Shown in pieces: positions 39,515 through 49,368 of a stretch of DNA of 64,000 bases. The first letter of the stretch is position 1. The number at the start of each line of letters is the position of its first letter. The notes under the pieces were generated by a model that did not search any database, was not told the DNA's origin, and saw only the letters and a program-made list of their open reading frames with translations. This DNA comes from a virus. Lineage: Duplodnaviria; Caudoviricetes. A program made the position numbers and the translations under genes. The stretch spans positions 1-64,000 of the IMG/VR virus record IMGVR_UViG_3300030376_004742. One strand, 5' to 3'.

Positions 39515-39587
39515 AAATGTAGGGTAAGTGATTTTTAGTGGTTTTTAAGTTTTCATAATTTTTGATTTTTGAACTTACCCTACATTT
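39515..39587. repeat. Perfect 15-bp inverted repeat flanking a 43-nt T-rich spacer
   Basis: aaatgtagggtaagt (39515-39529) / acttaccctacattt (39573-39587). Confidence 0.9.
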
Positions 39588-39611
39588 TTCTTACCCCTTA
39601 ATTATTATCAC

Positions 39612-39710
39612 ATGAGAATTACAAAAAGAAAAGTATTTAAAGTTATGGATAATGCAATTATCTTAATAGCTTTAACATCTGCAGCTATATTTACTGCAGT
39701 ATTTAACTAA
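39612..39710 (+). CDS. 32-aa single-TM peptide
   Basis: Hand-translated MRITKRKVFKVMDNAIILIALTSAAIFTAVFN. Confidence 0.45.
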   Translation: MRITKRKVFKVMDNAIILIALTSAAIFTAVFN

Positions 39711-39734
39711 TTTATTAACATTAAAATTATTGAC

Positions 39735-40058
39735 ATGGCAGATATTCGTATTACCACACAATACTATGAAAACTATTCGGAGGCTCCATCTTATCCACAT
39801 TGGAAAAAGAAAGGAGGCCATGTGTTTGTCATAGAAGAAATTCATGAAGACTTATTATTTTATCTAGAAAAAGATGCTTTATTAAATATTATTAAGGAAT
39901 TAATAGAAGAAAAAAATACAGACTATTGGAGATATGAGTATTTAGATCACGAAGTAGATTTTGTAGGAGAGAATTACTCTATTACTGCAGATCACTTTTG
40001 TGAGAAATTACAAGTATTATTAGATAACAAATATAAGGAAGATGAAAAGAAAAACTAA
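39735..40058 (+). CDS. Early hypothetical protein
   Basis: 107 aa; ITTQYYENY...PHWKKKGG motif. Confidence 0.65.
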   Translation: MADIRITTQYYENYSEAPSYPHWKKKGGHVFVIEEIHEDLLFYLEKDALLNIIKELIEEKNTDYWRYEYLDHEVDFVGENYSITADHFCEKLQVLLDNKYKEDEKKN

Positions 40059-40272
40059 CAGAGAGAGCGTTGACGTTCTCCAATTTGATGGATTTGAAAG
40101 AACATTAATTCTTGAAGCCATTGAAACACATATGGAAAATCTTGAAGAAAGAACCTTAGCTATGGATGAATTAGGTAAAACACCTATATTTGCGCCTGGC
40201 TTTTGGAAAACTGTTGGAAGAGATTTAAAAATAAAAGTAGAAGCCTTATCAACTAAGAAAGAATTCAAGTAG
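40042..40272 (+). CDS. Early hypothetical protein
   Basis: 76 aa overlapping the upstream gene. Confidence 0.55.
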   Translation: MKRKTNRESVDVLQFDGFERTLILEAIETHMENLEERTLAMDELGKTPIFAPGFWKTVGRDLKIKVEALSTKKEFK

Positions 40273-40834
40273 GAAAGTTTCCTGTTTGTTTTATTGGCTA
40301 AAATACTGATTGTGAGAAACCAAGAGGATGCAGATCCCCAAGATTTCACTAAACAGAGGATAGCTTTTGTAACCTGAAATACAACCCACATATATAACCC
40401 AACCCAATACTACCGATGAATAGGAAGAACAAAGATCAAGTTATCTTGAGCCTAATAAGTAGATTGAGGTTTTTATGATTATGACAACACAATAAGAAAA
40501 GTGGGAAATTGGAGCAAAAGTACACAATGATAAAGATGAATACCCATGGGAGGATTGCCTCTATTCTTTTATCAGCACTCTATTTATTTAACCTTAAAAT
40601 ATTAACAACATTAAACACATTGACGACTTAGCTTAAGCTATTAATTACAACAGAGCTAGAAACGCATGGAATACTACGATAATGATAACCCTTGATAATA
40701 GAACTGCAGAATGGGCTTGCCCAGTTAGATAGGGATATGTTTTTCAACAGTATACACATCACGCCTAGATCCTTGTAATATGCTGCCGCTGAGTCGTCAG
40801 TAGCTATTATATTAACCTTTAATTTAACAAAACA

Positions 40835-41284
40835 ATGAAAAATCTAATCATCATTGCACTATTGATGTGCAGTTCCGTATCTTTTGGTCAAGAAAAATAC
40901 GTAACTATGACAACACTTGACAAAAATGATCAACGTCTTAAAGATGAAACTATGTATGGTATAAGAATGAATTTTTATTATGCCGATCAAAATACTACAT
41001 GGGAAGCAGATGATCAACTTTTATTACGTTTTACTGGAGGAAAAACTCCTTCACGTATTACTACATATAATATTCAAAATATTGATACAATCTTTGTAAA
41101 AAATACAAATAAAATAAGTGTATTAATATTAGATATTATAGAATCAGAGATTAAAACAGTAGAAATCTACTTAACAGCAACAAAAACTGAGACTTATATC
41201 TTAGATATGATTGCTACGAGAGATAATGATAATCGTACTGTCCTCTTTTCTGGCAATAATCTTGGACTTTATAAAATGCAATAG
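40835..41284 (+). CDS. Exported protein with Sec signal peptide
   Basis: MKNLIIIALLMCSSVSFG-Q signal (Gln +1 is common in Bacteroidota exported proteins). Confidence 0.6.
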   Translation: MKNLIIIALLMCSSVSFGQEKYVTMTTLDKNDQRLKDETMYGIRMNFYYADQNTTWEADDQLLLRFTGGKTPSRITTYNIQNIDTIFVKNTNKISVLILDIIESEIKTVEIYLTATKTETYILDMIATRDNDNRTVLFSGNNLGLYKMQ

Positions 41285-41322
41285 TCCAATTTTCACTTTG
41301 TAACCTTAATATCAATATACAA

Positions 41323-41592
41323 ATGCAAAACAAACGCAGAATTTACAGTCCTTCACAGGAAGCGTTAGAGGTTATCAAAGATGACCTTACGGCTAAAAAC
41401 CTGAAGAGTAATAACTCTACAGCAGTTAATTACGCAGTAAAATTTACAGCTGAACTTATCGCAAAATACGGTCAAGTAGATGCTACTACTGAAGCTTGTG
41501 CTAACACAAAGAAAAACTCTAATATACTTGGGTCTTTACTTTGTCTTTGTACAGGTGCAGCAATTTCTTTTATTGCTTTTTCAGTACTGTAA
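41323..41592 (+). CDS. C-terminally anchored membrane protein
   Basis: 89 aa; C-terminal TM ILGSLLCLCTGAAISFIAFSVL. Confidence 0.55.
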   Translation: MQNKRRIYSPSQEALEVIKDDLTAKNLKSNNSTAVNYAVKFTAELIAKYGQVDATTEACANTKKNSNILGSLLCLCTGAAISFIAFSVL

Positions 41593-41693
41593 CAACATTT
41601 AAATTACCGGTGTCAAATTAAATAGTGCATTCCTTTATGGAGTCAGTACACTACTGCGCCTAGTAATTTATTGATATTATTACTATATATATT

Positions 41694-42527
41694 ATGATTA
41701 AATACCAAAAAACTAAAACTTTAGTAACTAAACCTAACAATAATAGTGCAAATTGTATAGCACCAAACATCATTTATGGTTGTTTTGGTGGTTGTGTCAA
41801 TACGTATTGTTATATGTCTAGGTATAATGGTCAACGAGTTTTTGTAAATGAAAATGTAGACGATGTATTTAATTCAGTTGTAGAATGGGAGAAAACTTAT
41901 ACGAAAGTTCCTGATCAACAGGATCCTAAGTATACAATGGTAGATGTAGCTTGTAATTCAGACTTAGTCTTAATGCAAAAACATATGCCTGAACCTTTAA
42001 TTGATTATCTAAAAAGATATGATAATCATTCACAATTGAATAGTACAATGGCTACTAAGTATCCAGGCTTATTAAAACTTGATGTAAATCATTTTAATAA
42101 ACCACCAAGAGTACGTGTAAGTCTGATGCCTCAAAAGTATTCTAATATTTTAGAACCTAAGATGCAAAAGATTACAAGTAGAATTAATGATATTAATAGG
42201 TTAAAAGATTTAGGTTGGGAAGTTCATATAAACTACTCACCTTTAATATTTTATCCTGATTGGCATGATCAATATAATGACTTATTTAAAGAAGTTAAGG
42301 AACTTGCCGGTGAAAATAAATGTGAAGTTATTGCTTTAACTAATCACAACAATCAAATGAAAAAGAGTTCACCAGAAGCTCAGGAGCTAATGAAATATAG
42401 CAATGAAATAAAAAATAATTCTGGTGTAATGAGATATCCTTTGATACACAAAACACGTAGACTTAATGAATTTAAAGCAATATTTCAAGAATATTTTGAT
42501 TTAAAAACAATTAGGTATATATTTTAA
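41694..42527 (+). CDS. Spore photoproduct lyase-like radical SAM protein
   Basis: 277 aa; YGCFGGCVNTYCY cluster motif, DVACNSD, ATKYP, RVRVSLMPQ, LEP...RI, HINYSP. Confidence 0.75.
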   Translation: MIKYQKTKTLVTKPNNNSANCIAPNIIYGCFGGCVNTYCYMSRYNGQRVFVNENVDDVFNSVVEWEKTYTKVPDQQDPKYTMVDVACNSDLVLMQKHMPEPLIDYLKRYDNHSQLNSTMATKYPGLLKLDVNHFNKPPRVRVSLMPQKYSNILEPKMQKITSRINDINRLKDLGWEVHINYSPLIFYPDWHDQYNDLFKEVKELAGENKCEVIALTNHNNQMKKSSPEAQELMKYSNEIKNNSGVMRYPLIHKTRRLNEFKAIFQEYFDLKTIRYIF

Positions 42528-42537
42528 ATTATAAACA

Positions 42538-42621
42538 ATGGACAAATACGGAATACAAATATTAATCGCTTATTTAGTATGCTTAGGTATACTATTATTA
42601 ATAGGCTTATACACCACTTAA
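42538..42621 (+). CDS. 27-aa single-TM peptide
   Basis: Hand-translated MDKYGIQILIAYLVCLGILLLIGLYTT; abuts the next gene. Confidence 0.45.
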   Translation: MDKYGIQILIAYLVCLGILLLIGLYTT

Positions 42622-42624
42622 CTT

Positions 42625-43410
42625 ATGACAGACATAGTAATAAAACTAGCTAATCTTAGAGAAGACGCTATAAATAATGCATATTGGATTGCTATTGATA
42701 ATTACTCTAAATCAGATTTTAATTATAACATCAAAATAGGAGATATTTTATCAATTGAAAAAGTTTATGCTAATGATGAGCGCACTCAGATTTATTTAGA
42801 TATGAGAAATCTAGACACTGAAGACTTTTATGAAGAAATTGCATATGATGACTTAGGGTTTATGATGGTTGATAATCTAGCAGAAGCAGAGGGGATCGCA
42901 GATGATCTTTTTCACGAAGAATGTATGCGACAACACAAAAATAATGAACTTAAGCTAAGAGACGATCGTGATTTTGCTCAAAGCTTAACAGAAGACGAAG
43001 ACAGTTTAAACTGTAAATATAAAATTGGTTCTTACGTAGAATTTAACACGGGTAGTTGTGAGATTCTTGGTAGGGTAAGAACTAACTCTATAGAAATTCT
43101 TAATGAAGATTGGAATACTCTATTTGAGGAATTAGACATCTACCGCGACGACAATGGTAACTATCGTGTAAACGGTATGGAAATACGTAAGTGTGGTAGT
43201 GGTGATGGCTTTTATCTTAATGCTACTTACAATCAACTTGCAATGGACAGCGTTATAGATTACTTATTAGCACAATGTGCTGTTGAGGAATTTGAAAACG
43301 AGCATGTAGAATCTAATGAAGTAGTAAACAAAGTACCTACAGCTAAAGAAATGTTATATAGTAGCACGGATTTAGACAATTTAACAGTAAGAAAACTTAC
43401 TATTTATTAA
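42625..43410 (+). CDS. Hypothetical acidic protein
   Basis: 261 aa ORF. Confidence 0.65.
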   Translation: MTDIVIKLANLREDAINNAYWIAIDNYSKSDFNYNIKIGDILSIEKVYANDERTQIYLDMRNLDTEDFYEEIAYDDLGFMMVDNLAEAEGIADDLFHEECMRQHKNNELKLRDDRDFAQSLTEDEDSLNCKYKIGSYVEFNTGSCEILGRVRTNSIEILNEDWNTLFEELDIYRDDNGNYRVNGMEIRKCGSGDGFYLNATYNQLAMDSVIDYLLAQCAVEEFENEHVESNEVVNKVPTAKEMLYSSTDLDNLTVRKLTIY

Positions 43411-43435
43411 TCAATAACCCCAAATTATTTCAATT

Positions 43436-43876
43436 ATGGCAAAATCAGAATTTGCATTAGTGAACAAAATCATAGCGCATTACGAGCTAGGTGAAGCAGG
43501 TAAATTAGAAACTTTCTTTGCAAAAGTACGTAAAACATTAGCGCGTGAGGTTGAAACTCTTAACAAAAGAGTTGAGTTATTAGAATTTAACTACCAAAGA
43601 TCAATGGAAGATTTACAAGAACAAATTACAGATGCTGAAGAAGCATATGATAATGCGTTTTTACAAATCAATGTGGAAGATGCTACATCTAACGCTGATA
43701 TTGATCAGTTAATTCCTCAGTATTGGAGAGGTATTGAATTAGCTAAAGCTAATTTAGAAACTCTTAAAGAAAAAAGAGACACTATTACGGAAGCGTATGA
43801 AGAGTCTAAGAAAGAGGAAGGTGCACAAATCATTGAACGTGAGCACCGTTTAGAAGTTATTTCAGCTGGAAATTAA
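43436..43876 (+). CDS. Coiled-coil hypothetical protein
   Basis: 146 aa helical, optimised codons, followed by a terminator. Confidence 0.65.
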   Translation: MAKSEFALVNKIIAHYELGEAGKLETFFAKVRKTLAREVETLNKRVELLEFNYQRSMEDLQEQITDAEEAYDNAFLQINVEDATSNADIDQLIPQYWRGIELAKANLETLKEKRDTITEAYEESKKEEGAQIIEREHRLEVISAGN

Positions 43877-43894
43877 AAACAGCCAATTCAATTA

Positions 43895-43925
43895 GTCAAG
43901 GGAGGTCAAACTCCTTTGACTTTTT
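43895..43925 (+). terminator. Intrinsic terminator
   Basis: GUCAAGGGAG-GUCAAA-CUCCUUUGAC-UUUUU. Confidence 0.8.
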
Positions 43926-44056
43926 ACTAGAGTTTGACACCTATACAAAAACTATGATGATGGAAGTGTCCGGGAAATCATCCAACTCTTTTAAGATTTT
44001 CGTGAGGTTTAAGGTTTTTCTTGCACATTAACAAAGAAAATCCCAAGGTTAAAGAT

Positions 44057-44090
44057 GCCCAGAGAGTGATGACTCTGGGCGTTATTTTAT
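44057..44090 (+). terminator. GC-rich hairpin, terminator-like
   Basis: GCCCAGAG-AGUGAUGA-CUCUGGGC then GUUAUUUUAU. Confidence 0.5.
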
Positions 44091-44110
44091 TAATATCAAA
44101 AATAAAGAAG

Positions 44111-44347
44111 ATGATTAAAGAAAAATTTACCGTACATTATGCGTGTGATGATAATGATGATCATACAGCACTTATGTCAGAATGCAAAGATTCAGGTATA
44201 GTAGAATTTAATACCTTAAAAGAAACAGAACAATTCATTACCGAGTGTACTTATGTCTATAATTTAGATGAAGTGCTAGGCAATACCGTAGATTCTAAAC
44301 CCGTACCAAACCCTATCCTGGTACAGATTGAAGAAGACTACATTTAA
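44111..44347 (+). CDS. Small acidic hypothetical protein
   Basis: Likely start MIKEKF at 44111. Confidence 0.5.
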   Translation: MIKEKFTVHYACDDNDDHTALMSECKDSGIVEFNTLKETEQFITECTYVYNLDEVLGNTVDSKPVPNPILVQIEEDYI

Positions 44348-44370
44348 TAACCCCCATAACGTGTATTACT

Positions 44371-46362
44371 ATGATTAAATTGATCACAAATCAAACTAGC
44401 ATAGAAACGCCTTATGAATTAGCAACTATAGAAGAATGTGTGAACTATTGTCAAACCAAAACCCTGCTCGGATTAGATATTGAAACTACGAGAAAATATA
44501 ATAAATGGTTTGATATAGAAGGGCTTGACCCTCACACTTCTGATATAGTTATGCTTCAAATTGGTGATATAGATGTACAATATATAATAGATACAAGAAA
44601 TGTAGATATTACATCTTTATTGCCTGTTCTTACTAACAAAGATATTACTTTAGTTGGTCATAACATTAAGTTTGAATATAAACACATCTTATCTAAGTAT
44701 GGTGTAAGGATTAATGCCTTATATGATACAATGGTAGTGGAAAAAATCTTACATAATGGATATAGACTAGAAAATTCTCTAAAAGCGTTAAACCAACGAT
44801 ATTTAGAGATTGAAGTAGATAAAACAATTAGACTTAGCTTCCTAACTATAGGAGACAGACCATTTACTACAGAAGAAATTAAGTATGGTGCTGAGGATAT
44901 TGAATTACCTTTAAAAATTAGAGAATTTCAGTTAGTTGAAATACAAAAGAAAGATTTAGCCAATGTAATTAGGCTAGAATTTAGAGTTACTGCTGTTATT
45001 GCAGAGATGGAGTTCAATGGTATGAACTTTAACAAAGAAAAATGGCTTAATACATATCAAAAGAACTTAATAAAGTTTAAAGATCAAACTAGACAATTGG
45101 ATATCCATGTTATGGAAAATTATCCTGACTCTAAGTTTGTTGATAAACAATTAGATATGTTTAATCCTGGATTCACATGTGCCATTCAATGGTCGTCTTC
45201 TAAGCAAGTAGTTGAGTTCTTTAAATTCTTAGGTTGTTGCCCTTTAGCAAAATCTAAGACAACAAAGAAAATGACTTATACAGTTGAGGCAAAAGAAGTA
45301 GAAGCACTATTAGTTACTGCGGATTTATCAGATAAAGTTAGAGAATTTGTTAAGTTGTATTTAAATACAATGGAATATAGACAAGCTGTAACTACATTTG
45401 GCGAAAACTTCTTAAAACACATCAATCCTGTTACAGGAAGAATACATTCAAACTATAACCAACTTGTTAATACAGGTAGAATGAGTTCTAGTTCTCCTAA
45501 TCAACAAAATATTCCATCTACTTTAGATATGGATTATGATGATGGAGACCCTAGACAAGATCAATTTAGGTATGCATTTGATGCTCCTGAAGGTTGTAGT
45601 ATGATTAATGCAGATTATTCAGGTCAAGAAAGTATAATATTAGTAAACAAGTCTATGGACAAAGATTTATTAACATTTTACGACGGAGACTTTAATGATA
45701 TGCACTCTTACATTGCATCTAAATTATTTCCAGATGAGTTATCTGGTATAGATTTAAATGATATAAAAAAGGAAAGACCCGACTTAAGGCAAATTGCTAA
45801 AGGTGCAGGTTTTGCCTTAGCTTATGGTGGTAATGGTCATACTATTGCTAAAAACCTAGGTTTATCAAGTGAAAGAGGAGAAACAGTATTCAATGATTAC
45901 TTTAAAGCTTTCCCAGGACTCTTACAGTTCTTTGAAAAAAGTAAAGCTGAAGCATTAAGCAAAGGTTATATATTAATAGACAAAGTCTCTAAACGTAAAT
46001 TTTATTACAAAGATATCAAAGTTCTTAGAGCTGCAGAGTATCGTGGAGATGTTAGAACTGTTAATAAATTTAAAGGTAGTATGGAACGTGCCGCTATGAA
46101 TTATATTATTCAAGGTGAAGCCGGAAGTATTACTAAATTTGCCTTAGTACTTATTTATGATGAGTTAACTGCCAAAGGTTTATTAGATAAAGTTAAAACT
46201 GTAGCAACTGTACATGATGAAATTATTTTAGAAAGTACAACAGCTTATGAAAAGTATGCTGCTGAAATGTTACAGAGAAATATGGAAAAAGCTGGTAGTG
46301 TATGGTGCAAAAGAGTACCACTAAAAGCTGAAGCATGTATTGAACAATATTGGACACACTAA
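44371..46362 (+). CDS. polA: Family A DNA polymerase with 3'-5' exonuclease
   Basis: Exo LDIET / GHNIKFE / YGAEDI; QLVNTGRMSSSSPNQQNIP; motif A ADYSGQE; motif B RQIAKGAGFALAYG; motif C VHDEI. Confidence 0.93.
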   Translation: MIKLITNQTSIETPYELATIEECVNYCQTKTLLGLDIETTRKYNKWFDIEGLDPHTSDIVMLQIGDIDVQYIIDTRNVDITSLLPVLTNKDITLVGHNIKFEYKHILSKYGVRINALYDTMVVEKILHNGYRLENSLKALNQRYLEIEVDKTIRLSFLTIGDRPFTTEEIKYGAEDIELPLKIREFQLVEIQKKDLANVIRLEFRVTAVIAEMEFNGMNFNKEKWLNTYQKNLIKFKDQTRQLDIHVMENYPDSKFVDKQLDMFNPGFTCAIQWSSSKQVVEFFKFLGCCPLAKSKTTKKMTYTVEAKEVEALLVTADLSDKVREFVKLYLNTMEYRQAVTTFGENFLKHINPVTGRIHSNYNQLVNTGRMSSSSPNQQNIPSTLDMDYDDGDPRQDQFRYAFDAPEGCSMINADYSGQESIILVNKSMDKDLLTFYDGDFNDMHSYIASKLFPDELSGIDLNDIKKERPDLRQIAKGAGFALAYGGNGHTIAKNLGLSSERGETVFNDYFKAFPGLLQFFEKSKAEALSKGYILIDKVSKRKFYYKDIKVLRAAEYRGDVRTVNKFKGSMERAAMNYIIQGEAGSITKFALVLIYDELTAKGLLDKVKTVATVHDEIILESTTAYEKYAAEMLQRNMEKAGSVWCKRVPLKAEACIEQYWTH

Positions 46363-47492
46363 TGAATAGGAGAGAAGAACTAATCCGTAATGGACTACGT
46401 AAATGGATGTCTAATAAATTTAGAGGTATCTTAAAGTATGTTACGGGTACAGGAAAAACATTTGCAGGTTTACTAGTAATAGAACAGTTTGCTAAAGTTT
46501 ATCCAGAGGAGAAGATATTAATAGTATGTCCAACTGACGCAGTCATAGTTAACTTTAAAGAAGAATTTAGTAAATTTCAAAAAGAACATTTATTGAAGCA
46601 TTGCAAATTTATTTGTTACGCATCTATCAGAAAACAGGATGGCAAATCCTACAGTGTTGTTATACTTGATGAAGTTCATCATATAACTACTGACAAAAAA
46701 ATGCCATTTTTTACGAATGTAACAACCAAAGGGATCCTTGGTTTATCTGCTTCCTTAACTCAAGAACAAATCCGTATGCTTAATTACTATATACCTATAG
46801 TAGATGAGTTAAATATGGAGGATGTTCACGAAGAAGGTTTTATTGCGGAGTTTACCATTATTAATTATCCTGTTTATTTTACACCGGCTGAAGAAGCTAA
46901 GTATAAAGAACTCTCAGGACAAATTGATTATGCATGGCAAACTTTTCATAAACAATCTTGGAAGAAAATAGGTCAAAGATCTAGGTTGGTATATTCAGCT
47001 AAAGCAAAATTACAAGCTGCACAAGACATCTTAGAATTATTTCCTGGAGAATATGGTATCATATTTTCTCTAAATAAAAAATTCTCAGAAGAAGTTGCAG
47101 ATGCTATTGGAGAAAGTTGTGTAGCAATACACAGTGGACACTCAGCAAAACAAAGGGCAAAACGCCTGGCACTATTCTCAGATGGTAGAACTAAAGTACG
47201 GACTATGTCTGTACCTAAAATATTTGATGAGGGAGTGACATTACCACGTTTAACATACGGAGTTTTATTAGCTCGGTATGCTAAAGAAAGACAACAGATT
47301 CAAACACTAGGTAGATTATTACGGAAAGATATAGACTCCAAACACAGTATAGCCATTAGAACATACGTAAGGGATTCTGTAGAAGAAAACTGGGTAAAAT
47401 CATCGCAAGAAGGATTTAACGTAATTAACGTTGATGATTTTGACGCTTTGGTATCAACCATAAACCGTATACGATCTAGTAATGAATCTTAA
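46350..47492 (+). CDS. Superfamily 2 (DEAD/DEAH-like) helicase
   Basis: TGTGKT, DEVHH, GLSAS, FDEGVTLP, QTLGRLLR. Confidence 0.88.
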   Translation: MDTLMNRREELIRNGLRKWMSNKFRGILKYVTGTGKTFAGLLVIEQFAKVYPEEKILIVCPTDAVIVNFKEEFSKFQKEHLLKHCKFICYASIRKQDGKSYSVVILDEVHHITTDKKMPFFTNVTTKGILGLSASLTQEQIRMLNYYIPIVDELNMEDVHEEGFIAEFTIINYPVYFTPAEEAKYKELSGQIDYAWQTFHKQSWKKIGQRSRLVYSAKAKLQAAQDILELFPGEYGIIFSLNKKFSEEVADAIGESCVAIHSGHSAKQRAKRLALFSDGRTKVRTMSVPKIFDEGVTLPRLTYGVLLARYAKERQQIQTLGRLLRKDIDSKHSIAIRTYVRDSVEENWVKSSQEGFNVINVDDFDALVSTINRIRSSNES

Positions 47493-47503
47493 AAACAATT
47501 AGT

Positions 47504-48082
47504 ATGGAAATTTTAATAAATCTTAAAGATTTACAAGAATTGAAATTAAATCCATCGTTGTATTGTTATTTAGCCACACTATTTTTTGAAAAACCATATC
47601 CTAATGCTTCAGATAAGTTAAAAATTCATATGAATAATAAACTTGAAGAGTTAGGTTATGCTAAAGTTACTACAAATGGAGTAGAACTAACACCAAAAGC
47701 TATTGCTATATTTGATTTTCCTATTAAAGCACCTTCGGTTGCTTTGGATGATTGGGTTAACAGTTGGCGAGAATTATTTCCTAAAGGAATTAAATCTGGT
47801 GGAAGACCTGTTAGAGGGGATAAACAAGGTGTAACTAAAAAGTTACGTCAGTTTATTAAGCTTAATCCTAAAGTAACAAAAGATCAGATTATTGCTGCTA
47901 CTCGGCAGTATGTATATGATTGTAGTTTAAATAATTATAGGTTTATGACCTGTGCAGATTACTTTATTAATAAGAACGGTAGCTCTATGTTAGGAGCTAT
48001 GGTAGAAGATATAGTAGATGGAGGAAGTTCTTTAAGAAACACCGAACAAGGTGGAGGAAGTTCTTGGCACAGAGAAATTTAA
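47504..48082 (+). CDS. Replication protein (initiator/helicase-loader-like)
   Basis: 192 aa; N-terminal winged-helix-like region; directly upstream of and overlapping the helicase. Confidence 0.5.
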   Translation: MEILINLKDLQELKLNPSLYCYLATLFFEKPYPNASDKLKIHMNNKLEELGYAKVTTNGVELTPKAIAIFDFPIKAPSVALDDWVNSWRELFPKGIKSGGRPVRGDKQGVTKKLRQFIKLNPKVTKDQIIAATRQYVYDCSLNNYRFMTCADYFINKNGSSMLGAMVEDIVDGGSSLRNTEQGGGSSWHREI

Positions 48083-49242
48083 AAAATATGGAAGAAATTA
48101 ACAAAACAGCATTTGATGAAGCCATTGACGTAGTTGATGGTGGGAGGTCTGGAGAAAACAAAGGTATTCCAATACCCTTTCAGAGACTAAAGAAATATTT
48201 ACCTAATATTCAGCAACGTACTTATTATTTAATAGGTGCTGGTACTAAAGTAGGTAAAACTTCTTTTGCAGATGATGTATTTTACTACGGAGCATATGAT
48301 TACTTTATGAATCTTAAAAGACAAGGAGCTTTAAATGGTTTTGAGTTAGATATTGACTATTTCTCTTATGAGATAGACAAGAAAACTAAGATTTTAAAAG
48401 GTATTAGTCGTAAATTATGGCATGACTACGGTATAGTAGCTGATGCTAATACGATATTATCTAGAGGAGAAAATCATTGTAATGATGAATTATATGCCCT
48501 TGTTATCAAGTATAAAGATTACTTTGATGAAATGGAGGACGTAGTAACAGTGCATGATATGCCTGATAATCCAACTGGAATGAATAAATATTTACTTCAT
48601 AAAGCCAAACAATTTGGTGATGTGAAATTAAAGAATATTAATAGAGATCCAGAAGGAACACCGATAATGAGGTTTGATAGTTATAAACCCCATAATCCAA
48701 AGAGATATTGGTTAATTTTTATTGACCATATTGCTTTAATGTTAGAAGAGAGAGGATTTAGTACTAAACAAAATATTGACAAAATGAGTCAGTATTTAGT
48801 TCAGTTACGTAATAATTATGGAGCATCGCCTATTGTTATACAACAAATGGCATTTAATGCAGAAAGTGATGAAAGACATAAAAGTAATAGACTTACACCA
48901 ACACTAAAAGATTTTGGAGATAGTAAATATACTACTAGGGATGCTAATGTTATTATGACATTATTTAGTCCTTATAGATATAATATGGAAAGATTTCAAG
49001 GCTACAATGTACAAGCTTTGGGTAATTCTTACCGTAACTTAGAAATCTTAGAAAATAGAGATGGTGAGCCTAATATTAACTTAGGGTTAAATTTTATTGG
49101 TCCGTGTGGTACATTTAGAGAATTACCAAGACAAGCAGACATGACAGATAATATAGAACAAATGGCGTTTAATTTGGAAAACAAAAGATCGCTATATGTC
49201 CAGAATGATAATGGTATTTGGGTAGACAACCCATTTGCATAA
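48064..49242 (+). CDS. Replicative DnaB-like helicase
   Basis: GAGTKVGKT, IFIDHIAL, VIQQ, DFGDS...TRDANVIM. Confidence 0.85.
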   Translation: MAQRNLKNMEEINKTAFDEAIDVVDGGRSGENKGIPIPFQRLKKYLPNIQQRTYYLIGAGTKVGKTSFADDVFYYGAYDYFMNLKRQGALNGFELDIDYFSYEIDKKTKILKGISRKLWHDYGIVADANTILSRGENHCNDELYALVIKYKDYFDEMEDVVTVHDMPDNPTGMNKYLLHKAKQFGDVKLKNINRDPEGTPIMRFDSYKPHNPKRYWLIFIDHIALMLEERGFSTKQNIDKMSQYLVQLRNNYGASPIVIQQMAFNAESDERHKSNRLTPTLKDFGDSKYTTRDANVIMTLFSPYRYNMERFQGYNVQALGNSYRNLEILENRDGEPNINLGLNFIGPCGTFRELPRQADMTDNIEQMAFNLENKRSLYVQNDNGIWVDNPFA

Positions 49243-49249
49243 TATTACA

Positions 49250-49327
49250 GGAGTACAGTAAGTGTGAATATTTCACTACCAGGGAGCAAACCCGTCAAGG
49301 TTTAATTTCACTGTACTCCTTCCCTGG
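49250..49327 (+). ncRNA. Candidate cis-regulatory structured RNA (pseudoknot) upstream of the AAA ATPase
   Basis: GGAGUACAGU/ACUGUACUCC 10-bp stem; CCAGGGA/UCCCUGG crossing stem; internal hairpins GUGAA/UUCAC and AAACC/GGUUU. Confidence 0.5.
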
Positions 49328-49368
49328 GACTATATTATTTCAATTCTTTAACAAACAAACAACAAAAC

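Noticed and set aside
49250-49327. HDV-like/theta ribozyme reading of the pseudoknot
   Set aside because: No room for P1.1, P4 or the catalytic J4/2 C between the P1 3' strand and the P2 3' strand; kept only as an unclassified structured RNA
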